NCBI RefSeq assembly: GCF_006345805.1
Contig: NC_043006.1
Span: forward strand, 93,744,001 to 93,808,000
Reading direction: 5' to 3'
Origin: Octopus sinensis
Taxonomy: Eukaryota
Length of the DNA stretch: 64,000 nt
Shown: piece by piece, positions 52,842 to 64,000 of the stretch
How the letters are laid out: each line of letters opens with the position of its first letter
How positions within the stretch are numbered: position 1 is the first letter of the stretch
Made by a program: the position numbers and the translations under genes
Notes under the pieces: model-generated
What the model was told of the DNA's origin: nothing
Database searches by the model: none
The model's input: the letters and a program-made list of their open reading frames with translations, nothing else

Positions 52842-53368
52842 TCAATAGTAAAAAGAATTGTTATTAATAATAATTAGACCTTGAGCTAGCACAATCGTTA
52901 GACAGCCTAATAAAATGCTGAGGGCTATTTATGTTGGTTCTTTAAATTCTGAGTTCAAATTTTTGCCTTTCCTCTTTAGGGATCAATAAAATAAAGTACT
53001 AATCAAGGTTCGGGATCGATGTAAGCTACTTGCCTCTCGCCTTCAAACTGCTGGCTTTGTACCAAACTCTGAAACAATGGCGGCGAGCTATCAGAATCGT
53101 TAGCACAGCGGCCAAAATGCTGACCGGTATTTTGTTACGTTCTGAGTTCAAATTTCGTCCGGGTATACTTTACATTTCATACTCTCTTCGTCGACGAAAT
53201 ATCTTCCAGTTAAGCACTGGGGTTTATGAAATCGACGTGCCCTTCCCTCCAAAATTTCAGGCTGTGTGCCTATAAAAAAGAAAGATTTTCCACTTAGTCC
53301 CTCCACGAAGTTGTCGACTTGAAACCATAATAATAATAATGATATTTGCAAATTACTACTACTACTAC

Positions 53369-53425
<57 letters not shown>

Positions 53426-53460
53426 CATCATCATCATCATCATCATCATCATTAGGATAA

Positions 53461-53957
53461 AGAGCCATCAAAGTGACACTGAGGTAAAATATACGAAGCC
53501 CGGTATACTCGTCATGACTACCCGTCTGATAAGAGTACACCAGGCACATGCATCACATCCATATGTACGTGACATGATAATCTTATATCAAGATAAACAT
53601 CGCATGACCTTGCAGGTGGGGCCCAGTTAGAATTTTCTTCAGGTCGAGTAGCCCATTCCACTCAAAAGGTCCCTGAATAAGGTTTGTTCAAGTATGAAGA
53701 ATGAAACACCCATGTTTCTAGAGGTGGATTATTCAAACCTCAAAGAATTCACATGGCTATGATGCTCCCCCACTATTTCTGCTCGTGATCAGAGATGCAC
53801 ATATCGTCAGCCACTAAGGGAGATGTTCAACTGGTTAAGGTCAAGAATATTTGCTGTAGATCACCTTTTATACCAAGACAAAACATGTTCGTAACACTTC
53901 CAATCAGTTAAGATCAGAAGCCTTGAGACCCACTGCTTTGTACTGCATAAGGGGGCT
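53461..53957 (-). mobile_element. ~540-bp (TAA)n-associated element, copy 4
   Basis: (TTA)n/(TCA)n on the left and (TTA)n on the right. The right tract is shared with the Dong tail. Confidence 0.85.
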
Positions 53958-54010
53958 TATTATTATTATTATAGTTGTTGTTGTTGTTGTTGATGTTATT
54001 ATTATTATTA

Positions 54011-54063
<53 letters not shown>

Positions 54064-54084
54064 ATTATCATCATTATTGTTGCC

Positions 54085-55430
54085 TTTGCACAACTTCTAA
54101 CGCTGGAGATGTAATACACTGTCAGGTGTTCACTACCTGTGAACTAAGGTAACACCTCTTATTTTTCGAGTACCTTCCGGAGTATTCGAGCGGTCCAAGC
54201 AGTATTGCTTTCTGCAAGTTCTCCAACCTTATTGCAGCCTCTATTTGTTCTACGTACTTCTCGAGATTTTTGCTCACTGCTCCCAGGGCTCCGACAATTA
54301 TTGTTACTTCTGCTAACTTTTTCATCGACCACAACTGCTTAACCTCCCAAGCTAACCTGTCATATCTCTCGACTTTTCTTTCTTCCTTATCGCATACCTT
54401 GTTGTCAGCTGGACATGCTATACCTATCAGCATAGTTTGTTTTCTTTCTCAATTAAGACTATGTCTGGCTTCCTGTTCTCTATCTCATGGTCGCACTGAA
54501 TCATAAAATCCCATAGGATCTTTGCATTTCTGTTTTCGACGATGCTTTCAGGTTTGTGGTCGTATCAATTTTTTGCTCTGTCAAGTCCATACTTGTTGCA
54601 AAGCGTCCCGGGGACAAGCCTTGCTATATTGTCATGGCGTCTCTTATATTCCTTGTGGGCTAGTGGCGTACATTGGCTGGTAATATGCCATACGGTTTCA
54701 CCGTTTTGTCCACAGATTCTACACTTATCACTTTCTGATGTATTGTCTATTCTGTATTTTATGTAGTTTGTTCTTAGTGCTCTGTCTTATCTTCTACATC
54801 TCTATGAAATTGTCCATGCATTCTTTTCTTTACCCACCTATTTTCAGTTTATCTTCATTTTCAATTTCTTGTATAGTGCTTTAACTTTGCAATCTTTCAT
54901 CCTACACAAGCCTGACCTTCCTACTTCTAATAATAGTGGTTCCGTGGCATTTTTTTACATACCATGCTATGTTGTTTTCTTCTGCTCTAATGCATCTAGG
55001 GTCAGAACCGTTTTGAAGAACGTTAGCTTGGTAGTTTTTTGTGAGAAAGCTTTGATCTTGTGACGCCAGTATGAAACCTTCTGTCTCTGCTTTCAGTCCT
55101 GAACTTCCCAGCTTCTGATGGGTTGTTGCTTGATCTATATCAGCATTTCGACATGGAAGTATTCTTTCTTTATTTTCTCTTTCATTTATGTGTGTTGTTC
55201 TGTCCAAGGAGAGGATTCCCGCCCCTTAATTTGTTTGTGCCCGTTCTTTTTTGCACTCTGCTTGATCCATTTTGCTTGTTTTGTGGCAACTCTTTAAGGG
55301 TCAATGCGAAGATCCTTTGCAAATTTGCAAGCTTCCTTGACAATCGAATGTGACGTTTTGCTGCTTTAGTGTGATGTTGCTACTCTTAACTAGTTTTCCT
55401 CTTCTCAGGGTTGCTTTGGCACATTAGTAA
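54085..55430 (-). mobile_element. R4/Dong-clade LINE 3' portion (zinc knuckle + restriction-like endonuclease); two homologous fragments in tandem
   Basis: LKAETEGFILASQDQS..TKNY; CRICGQNGETVWHITSQC; RRHD; ILWDF; RKPDIV; EERKVERY; IIVGALG. The 3' end runs into (TAA)n. Confidence 0.85.
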
Positions 55431-55440
55431 AGTATATATA

Positions 55441-55471
<31 letters not shown>

Positions 55472-55671
55472 TTGTGTGTGTATATGTAGAAAGCGAGAGA
55501 GAAGTGTGGGAAGGACATCCACAAAAATGCGCAGAGATATTATTAGATAGAAGATAAACAAATATCGACATGGCTTGGCTTCGCGAATGCCTTACATACA
55601 CACACAGTTGTTTATATGTGTGTAGATAAGTGTACATATGCACAAAAATACACGGACATAGACATACATAC

Positions 55672-55781
<110 letters not shown>

Positions 55782-56468
55782 AATATATATATATATATAC
55801 ATATATATGATATATATATATGCCACATACATACACACAAACATACGAACACATACATACATAAATAATTACAAGCATACATACATCCTTCCATACATGC
55901 ATACATACATGTATACAGACATATATACATGCGCCCATATAAACATACATACATACACCCATACATACACCCATACACCCATACATACATACATACATAC
56001 ATACATACATACACTCATATATACATAACGACCATCCACCGACCCGGTGCCAATGCTGGGTTCCTACACCAGACTCCACGTATTCCTTTTGTGTCCAGTT
56101 CAAAAGAATGGCCCGTCGCGACTTCTGCGGTTACGTATTTCGTGTGTTAAAGTGTTTCTCATCGCCCATACCACCCCGATCTACCCGTATTTGTGTTGTA
56201 ATCCTCAAACAAAGCCCACCTTTATAGCTGGCTGGCCTCAATATTACACATTACCCTGTTTCCCTCACCGCCCCCGAAAAGTAAGGGAGATGAAGAAAAA
56301 AGGTGAAAAAAATATATATATAAAACAGAAATAAATAAACAACAACAACAGCAGTATGAAATAAGAAAACATGATTGTCCTTTCACTCGCTACGTTTAGA
56401 ACCTACCACAGCCAAAGCGGAGCCGACCCCGAAGTGACGACTTCAACAGCAGCAGCAACAACAACTGT

Positions 56469-56524
<56 letters not shown>

Positions 56525-56807
56525 TCGACGTCGGCACCACCACTACCACCATCATCACTACCGCGACAACATGAGCGGCAATGACACCCTTAACAAAAAC
56601 AACCAAGACAAACGTAAACACTTCCACCATCACCACCACCATCACCACAACCACCACCGTGAAGAGGTCTGATATCATCGCCGCCACCACCAGTGGCTCC
56701 GTTAGTGCCACCCCCCCCCAGCGCCTTCACCTCTGTTATTGCTTTGAACTTCTTTTAATTCATTCTAAATATTTTATTGAGCTCTTTAAACTTCTATCTG
56801 TCTGTTG

Positions 56808-56852
<45 letters not shown>

Positions 56853-56997
56853 ATATCTCTCTCTCTCTATCTATATATCTACCTACCTATCTCTCTCTCT
56901 ATCTATCTATTAATCTACCTAACTACCTATCTCTCTCTATCCATCTATCTACCTACCCCCCCCTCTCTCTCTATCTATCTATCTCTCTATCTCTCTC

Positions 56998-57046
<49 letters not shown>

Positions 57047-57407
57047 TTATCATTCTATTAGAAATTTGGACATCTTTGAAAATACATGGACGTTGGGCGA
57101 ATGATGGATTTTCTTTTCTGGGCATACGTTTAAAAGTATCATTAAAAGATTCAGTATCCCTTTACTTGTTAAAGTCATTTGTTTAAGGCCATGCAGGAGC
57201 ACCACCTTTAGTTGGACAAATAGACACCAGGACTTATTTTTTGAAAGCATAGTACTTATTCGATCGGTTTCTATCATCTCGTCAGGTAAAAAAGAGAAAT
57301 AAAACACATCACTAAGCCATTTTGACAGAATGACCAATGTTTTCTTCGAAACATATGTCGGATGTATAAAAATTTGAATAACAACTGAGTTCAACTCCAT
57401 TTCTTAA

Positions 57408-57486
<79 letters not shown>

Positions 57487-57529
57487 TATAAGTGCAATAA
57501 TCAACCTTGAAAGCGTAAAAAGCAGGAAC

Positions 57530-57742
57530 CAGATATACTCTCGGTACAAGGCCCAAAATTTTTGGGGAGGAGGCCAGTAAATTAGATCGACCTCAGTATG
57601 CAACTGGTACTTAATTTATCGACCTCGAATAATGAAAGTCGAAGTCGACCTCGGCGGACTTTGAACTCTGAACGTTAAGACCGGCGAAATACCGTTAAGC
57701 ATGTCGCCCGGCGTGCTAACATTTCTGCCAGGTCACCGCCTT
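57530..57742 (-). mobile_element. SINE family A
   Basis: Reverse complement of the consensus. Confidence 0.8.
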
Positions 57743-58483
57743 TACGTAAATACATATTAAAAATATACAACACGGCCTTCTAATACGATGGGTAATCAGT
57801 ATAGTGTGGGTAGCAGCGCATTGTGAATGGTGGGGTGAGCGCACTTCTGAGGACCAAGCAGAATCTTTGACTTATCGCCGATCCGTGTTATCACAGATCA
57901 ATTCGTGATAAGCGTGACATGGTTCACAATCGAACGTACATGCTGAGTCCATTTTTGTCTTTCATCTCTACTGGATTAAAAAGAAAATTTATCAATAATA
58001 TCGACGGTCGATTTTATTGACTAAACTGCTCCACTAAGATTCTGCCCTTGTGTCTATTTTAGAAGTCATTATTAGTAAGGGCAGTTAAAGTGCGTGGTCT
58101 AGCGGTCAGCGTATTGCACTAACGACCTCGGACTAACGGTGTGTTGTGTTCTTGAGAAAAGCACTTCATTCGTCGTTGTCACAGTCATCACAGCCGCAAC
58201 AGAATAACCCTGCGATGGTCTGGCATCCTATTCAGGTGATGCTGATAGCGGTTAATTATTTGTCACGTTCACCGTGGAAACTGGGAAACCGGTCGAATGA
58301 GTCCTTGGACTTTGGATAGTAATTGTCCAGTGGGCATTGTTGCTGTTGTTGTTGTTGATAATGATGATGATGTGGATGGACAAAAGCGTCAGAATTTTGC
58401 AGGATTTAGTTATGAGTCATTACATATCGAGTTCAAATTAAACCGAGTTCAAACTTCTCTCTCTATTTCTTTCTTTCTTTCTT

Positions 58484-58527
<44 letters not shown>

Positions 58528-59055
58528 AGTGTGTGTGTGTATATATATACTTATCTCTATCTATGTGAACATATTCTTTGTTCTGTATTAATACATTATA
58601 ATAATGTACTTTCTGGAAGATGCATCCAAATCCATATGAACTTTCTCTGTAGAAAATACAAATAGCCACAATGTCGAAATGGGTGTAGGAAACAAATGGT
58701 ATGCACAGCATTTTTGTTGATCCTATATATACGTGTGTATGTATACATATGTGGGTATGTGTATGCATATACATATGTAGGTATATGTAATTGTGCACAT
58801 ATGCATATATGGGCATGTTTAGGAACAGCGTAACCAAATGGCTAAGGTGCGCGCTTAGCAACTACAAGGTCCGCTGGTTCGATCCCACTGCTTGGTGTGT
58901 AAAGTATCTGTAGCCTCAGATTAAATCGTATCTGGTGAGATGAATTGAGCTAACAGAAACCTATACATACATACTTACATATATTATATATATATATATA
59001 TATATACATACACACACACACACACACAATATATATATATATCTATATATATATA

Positions 59056-59162
<107 letters not shown>

Positions 59163-59164
59163 AT

Positions 59165-59215
<51 letters not shown>

Positions 59216-59624
59216 ATATATATATATATATATATACACATGTGTAGACTGTCTTTATGCTACTTTGTCCATAAAACAGTTGTGAAAATCATACACAGCT
59301 TACACTATAAAGATAGAGAAGAGAAATGTAGTAGTGGTGGTCGTGGTTTGGGTGGTCTAAGTGATGACGGTACAAACAGCAGAGGTTGTAATGGCGGCGG
59401 ATGATCTGTAAGTGGATGGCTTAAATAACGAGATTATCTGAAGCAACTGCCCTGGTGTCAAAACCTTTCTACATATTAATCTTTCTGTCAACTCACTTAA
59501 CAATATCTCTTTACAATACAAGCCTTCTTGTACTTATGTGTGTGTGTGTAGGGGGGGGGAGACGTCAGTTTATGTATGCGTATATACTTACGACAGAATG
59601 TGTACATATGATTCAGTATAAGTG

Positions 59625-59790
59625 CGCGTCTAAGGCTGCGAGCTGGCACAAACGTGAGCGCGCCGGACAAAATGCCGAGCAGTATTTTGTCCGTTTTTGC
59701 ATGCTAGTTTCAAATTCCGCAAAAGTCGACTTTGCTTTTCATCCTTTCGGGGTCGATAAAATAAGTACCAGTTGAACATGGGGGTCGATG
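59625..59790 (+). mobile_element. SINE family A, diverged
   Basis: GGCTGCGAGCTGGCACAAACG head and GTCGACTTTGCTTTTCATCCTTTCGGGG body. Confidence 0.75.
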
Positions 59791-60669
59791 GAGTGAGGGT
59801 TAATAGATTAATTTGAATATAATAGAATAAAGTAAAATAAAGAAAAAGATAAAATAAAATAACAAGTGAAAAATGTAATAAAAAATAAAATAAAGAGTTA
59901 AAAATGAAAAAATATAAAGGTAGATTAAAATATATACATATATAGGTACAGATGTGCACACACACACACACACAGACACACACGCACATACACACACAAA
60001 CACACACACATACACATATAGATATGTCAGTAAATGGTGAGGTTGTGTTAACCGCACGTGGAGAAATGTTAGGAAAGGAGAAATTATAATAAGGCAGAAT
60101 GCTAAATTGAAAGCAAATTTTAATAAAAGTGGGTGTAAATTTTAAGAAAAAAAAATATATATAAATTCAAAGGAAACGGAGAATATATACACAGAGCAAT
60201 GAATTTATTATCATAGTCCAGTTAACTCAGCAAGTTCATTCATATTGCCTACGCTGCGTTTCGGTTGACTGTTGTCGTTCATATTTGCAATTTTACAGTC
60301 CGTTATGAAGTCGTAAAAACGCAAAAGGCCTCCCCAGAGCATAATTGACTGATATCTTAAAGCGTTTTTCTCCTACACTGAAAATGATGTAAATCTCTTT
60401 TCAAATGACAAAATGTTCGTTGAATCTTGCTGTGTGAAAGTATGTCTTGGCATCGTAAAATCTTCCTCTTTTGTCTGCCTCTCGGCTGTTATTTTTGAAA
60501 TTTTTTTCTTCTCTTTGACAAAGAATTTTCACCTTCATCCTTTGATGTATTAAACTTCATTTTGCTCTCTCTTATTTGTTGTTCGACGCTTCCGGCACGT
60601 GCTTTCACTTGACTCAATCCGCGCGCTATTTGTGTTTCATTTAGGATTTGTCTCAAATTTTATATTTCT

Positions 60670-61050
60670 TTTATCTTTTACTTGTTTCACTCATTAGACT
60701 GCGGCCATGCTGGGGCACTGCTTTGGAGAATGTTTAGTCGAATGAATCGACCCGAGTACTTACTATTTTTAAAAGCCTTGTGCTTTTTCAATCGATTCTC
60801 TTTTGCTAAACTTCTACGTTAAGGCGAAACAAACACACCAACACCGTTCGTCAAGTGGTGTTGGGGATAAATACAGACACAAGAACACACACACACATAG
60901 ATATATACATATATAGACGTACGATGGGCTTCTTTCAGTTTCCGTCTATCAAATCCACCCACAAGGCTTGACGCTGTTGTAGAAGGCACTTGCCTAAGTT
61001 GACACGCAGTGAAATTGAACCTGGAACCACGTGGTTGGGAAGCAATACAC
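60670..61050 (-). mobile_element. SINE family B, diverged
   Basis: Reverse complement of both halves around a short microsatellite. Confidence 0.75.
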
Positions 61051-61143
61051 CCATGTATTCATTATAATTAAACATATATATAATTAGACGCGCATACACA
61101 CATATTTATTATTATTATTATTATTATAATTATTATTATTATT

Positions 61144-61202
<59 letters not shown>

Positions 61203-61927
61203 TAATAATAATAATTCTCAAGTTTTAAAACAAACATAATTTTCGTATGGTTTTTTAGGCATTCCCTAGTACAACACTAAGTACAAAACCAAATATATGG
61301 CACCCTAGGCATAACACCAACATGAACCTCCAGCTTCTTGTCTCTTGAGGTCTCTGGGTGAGACTTGGAGCCAGCTTGTGCAGATGTAAAGCAAAAGTCA
61401 AACATATAATAATAATAATATAATAATAATAATAATAATGATAATGTGAGGTGTGTGTGTGTGCTTGCGCCCGTGTGTATGCATGTTTGAGTGTGCGTGG
61501 GTGGTGATGGCGGCGGTGTTTGTTAGAAACTATGCTGAGATAAATACAAATTACGTCGACACTCGATTATTTAATAAACAAACCACTCAAACTTTGATGT
61601 TCACACACCTGTGGGTATCGATCGATCGATCTGCTTCATGCTTTCATTGGCAAACCGCAACTTCTCCCTCCCCGGCACCCTCTCACCCTCACCGCAATTC
61701 CTTATTAACGCATTCGCTCTCCTCCTCCTCCCCCTCGCCCTCTTTCGACCACCTGCCCGCAAAACAATTTCCGACGATCAATTTTCCCACGATTTCTCGG
61801 CTTAAACAGATTCAACAGATATCAAATCTAATTGTTTTATGGATGTCTCCATGTGCTTGTGCACGTGTAGTGCGTGCGCATAGCTTAGATATATACGTGT
61901 GTGTGTGTATGTGTGTATGTATGTATG

Positions 61928-61987
<60 letters not shown>

Positions 61988-62550
61988 TAGATATATACAT
62001 ACATACATGTATATATGTATATGTATATATATATATATGTATCCATATTTATGTACGGTTATATCTATCTATCTATCTATCACACTATATATGTGTGTGT
62101 GTGTGTGGTGTGTGTGTGTGTGTATGTGTGTGTGTGTGTATAAAGCTATATGTTATATATTGATATCTATATGGGAACATCTATATACAGATATACACAA
62201 ATATACATCTAATTTCATTTCTAATTCTATGAGTTTTCTACACAAAGAATACATAATTTTATATGATATTACATGTATATATTTATATATATGTATATAT
62301 ATGAAATATAAATGAGTAACAAAGATGTATAAGAGTCAATTCATTACGGCCGTTTCGAGCGACTCCTTTAATTGATCAATGAAAACGTTACATCACTACA
62401 AAGAAAACCGTTCTCATCAAATACACAAACATATATGTATATGTTTGCATATATATATTTATAACTATGTGTAAATATATGTATGTGCGTGTATATATAT
62501 GTGAATCGTTGGTGATTGTTTTCTCCGTCTTCCTTTTCTATTGGTCTCCT

Positions 62551-62585
62551 GTTTCTGAAGAAGAGCGTTGCTCGAAATGTTAGAC
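62551..62585 (+). ncRNA. Minimal hammerhead ribozyme (degenerate stem III)
   Basis: GTTT-CTGAAGA-A-GAGC gtt GCTC-GAAA-TG-TT-AGAC. Confidence 0.5.
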
Positions 62586-62973
62586 CATCTTTCTTTCCTT
62601 CCCAGAGCTTTTGCTAATACTTTACATGTACCACGTTCTCGCGTTGTTGCTTTTTGTGTTTCTTCGTTTTGGGGGGGGATTTACTATATGTATATATATA
62701 TATATATAGTGAGAGAGAAAGAGAGATAAATAGAGAGATAGATAGAGAGATATATGCGTGTGTGTGTGTGTGTGTGTGTGCATGTGTATGTACTGTAGTA
62801 CGCCCACACACACAGCTGATACTATTAAACTCGCAGTGTTTTTGACTCAAGTTTCAAATCTAAATGTACTAGTTGCTATATATTGTTACATTGTGTTAAC
62901 GTAATCTTCTGTTGTATTGAGTACTATGTAACTTGGTTGTTTCTTTTTAAATCATTACAACGTGTGTGTGTGT

Positions 62974-63013
<40 letters not shown>

Positions 63014-63019
63014 ACATAT

Positions 63020-63630
63020 ATTGAATCATCTGCGACATACCCATTCGGAGAATAATGTCCAGATAAAATCATCAAGATATGGAGGGAAATGTACTCTAAT
63101 AGAGATTTCGATCCTTCCTGGAACACACCTAAGTTTTTCGATGTAGGATACATTCTTTGAATTCTATAATGCTTATAATCCCATAGTTAACACTAGTTAC
63201 ACGTCATCGCATTGCTATATTCTGGAACGTAATTCTGACTGTCGGCAGACATAATCCGTCCACCTCTTTACAGAAATGGTTCAATGTCATCCGACTGGAA
63301 GCATAACAGATTCCTTCACGCCACGGTTTGCAGAAAAGAGCAAGGCAGGAGCAGTAAATGCTGCTGTGGCCTTTTCACACTGTGTTCGGAAAATTCGCCA
63401 TAAACACTTTTTTGTGAGAAAATTTGCCATATTATATTTTGCTGTGAAGGAGGCAAACAAGCAGACTGTAAACTAAATAATTCATTTCGAAGAAATTATC
63501 TGTCTTTAATTGGAAGCTGCTTGATGAAGTTACCATTTTAAGAAAACATCTTATTTATTTGCAATTTATTATGTTTTTTACGGTAAATTTTCCTACGGCA
63601 AAAATGTCTACGGTGAAATTCATGACGGCT
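63020..63630 (+). mobile_element. Possible Mutator-like (MULE) relic
   Basis: FWNVILTVGRHNPSTSLQKWFNVIRLE resembles MULE C-termini. Short TACGG(T/C)RAAA subterminal-type repeats lie at 63566-63615. Confidence 0.3.
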
Positions 63631-64000
63631 GTTCTCATACCTTCTTTTTCTGGGCCATATTGGATATTGTTTTTGTTGTTGTTGCTTGATTTCAAAGAAC
63701 TGTAGATCTTAATTCATCCTCGTTTTCTTTTCTTTCCTTTTTTTTTTCGTTATTTTCCGCATGGAAGTATTTCGAAATCGTTTCGAAGAGTTTATTACTC
63801 TACACTCCGTTTCACCTTTTTATGTCGATTTATCATAATCCTGATTGTTTTTTTTTTTCTATCGGCCGACCATTTCTAGATTTTCATCTCCCATAAATAT
63901 TTCGTCGTCAACAAATGATAAAGTTGCGCTACAACAGGTTGGCTCTCCTACGAGATCAGATGTTTTCTTCTCTAATTCTGGTGCTCGACATGAAGATATT

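Noticed and set aside
61453-62163. 236-aa ORF
   Set aside because: Begins and ends in TG/TA repeats. The middle has no recognisable motif.

Overview
Repeat-saturated, AT-rich animal DNA in which I could find no host protein-coding exon. The tRNA-derived SINE families and microsatellite load suggest an octopus genome (inference from recognised repeat families; no database search was run). Contents: three SINE families in many copies; LINE fragments (CR1-like, R4/Dong, L1/Tx1); two Penelope-like retroelement remnants (Neptune-type RT+GIY-YIG, and a Naiad-like GIY-YIG with its ribozyme); DNA-transposon relics (maT DD37D, Tc1, mariner, Merlin, a piggyBac-type MITE); long microsatellites; and a 100-N gap. 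Most ORFs in the supplied track are microsatellite artefacts. The most interesting signal is RNA structure. The window holds several hammerhead ribozyme (HHR) variants: a canonical one, a perfect 126-bp palindrome of two HHRs, and a G3-C8 core-swap variant in the loop of a foldback. It also holds a three-copy ~300-bp family whose covarying helices give all hammerhead core nucleotides in a non-circularly permuted strand order. A second theme is microsatellite-targeted insertion, into (TAA)n, (TATC)n and (TA)n. All ribozyme calls are from manual folding and are untested.
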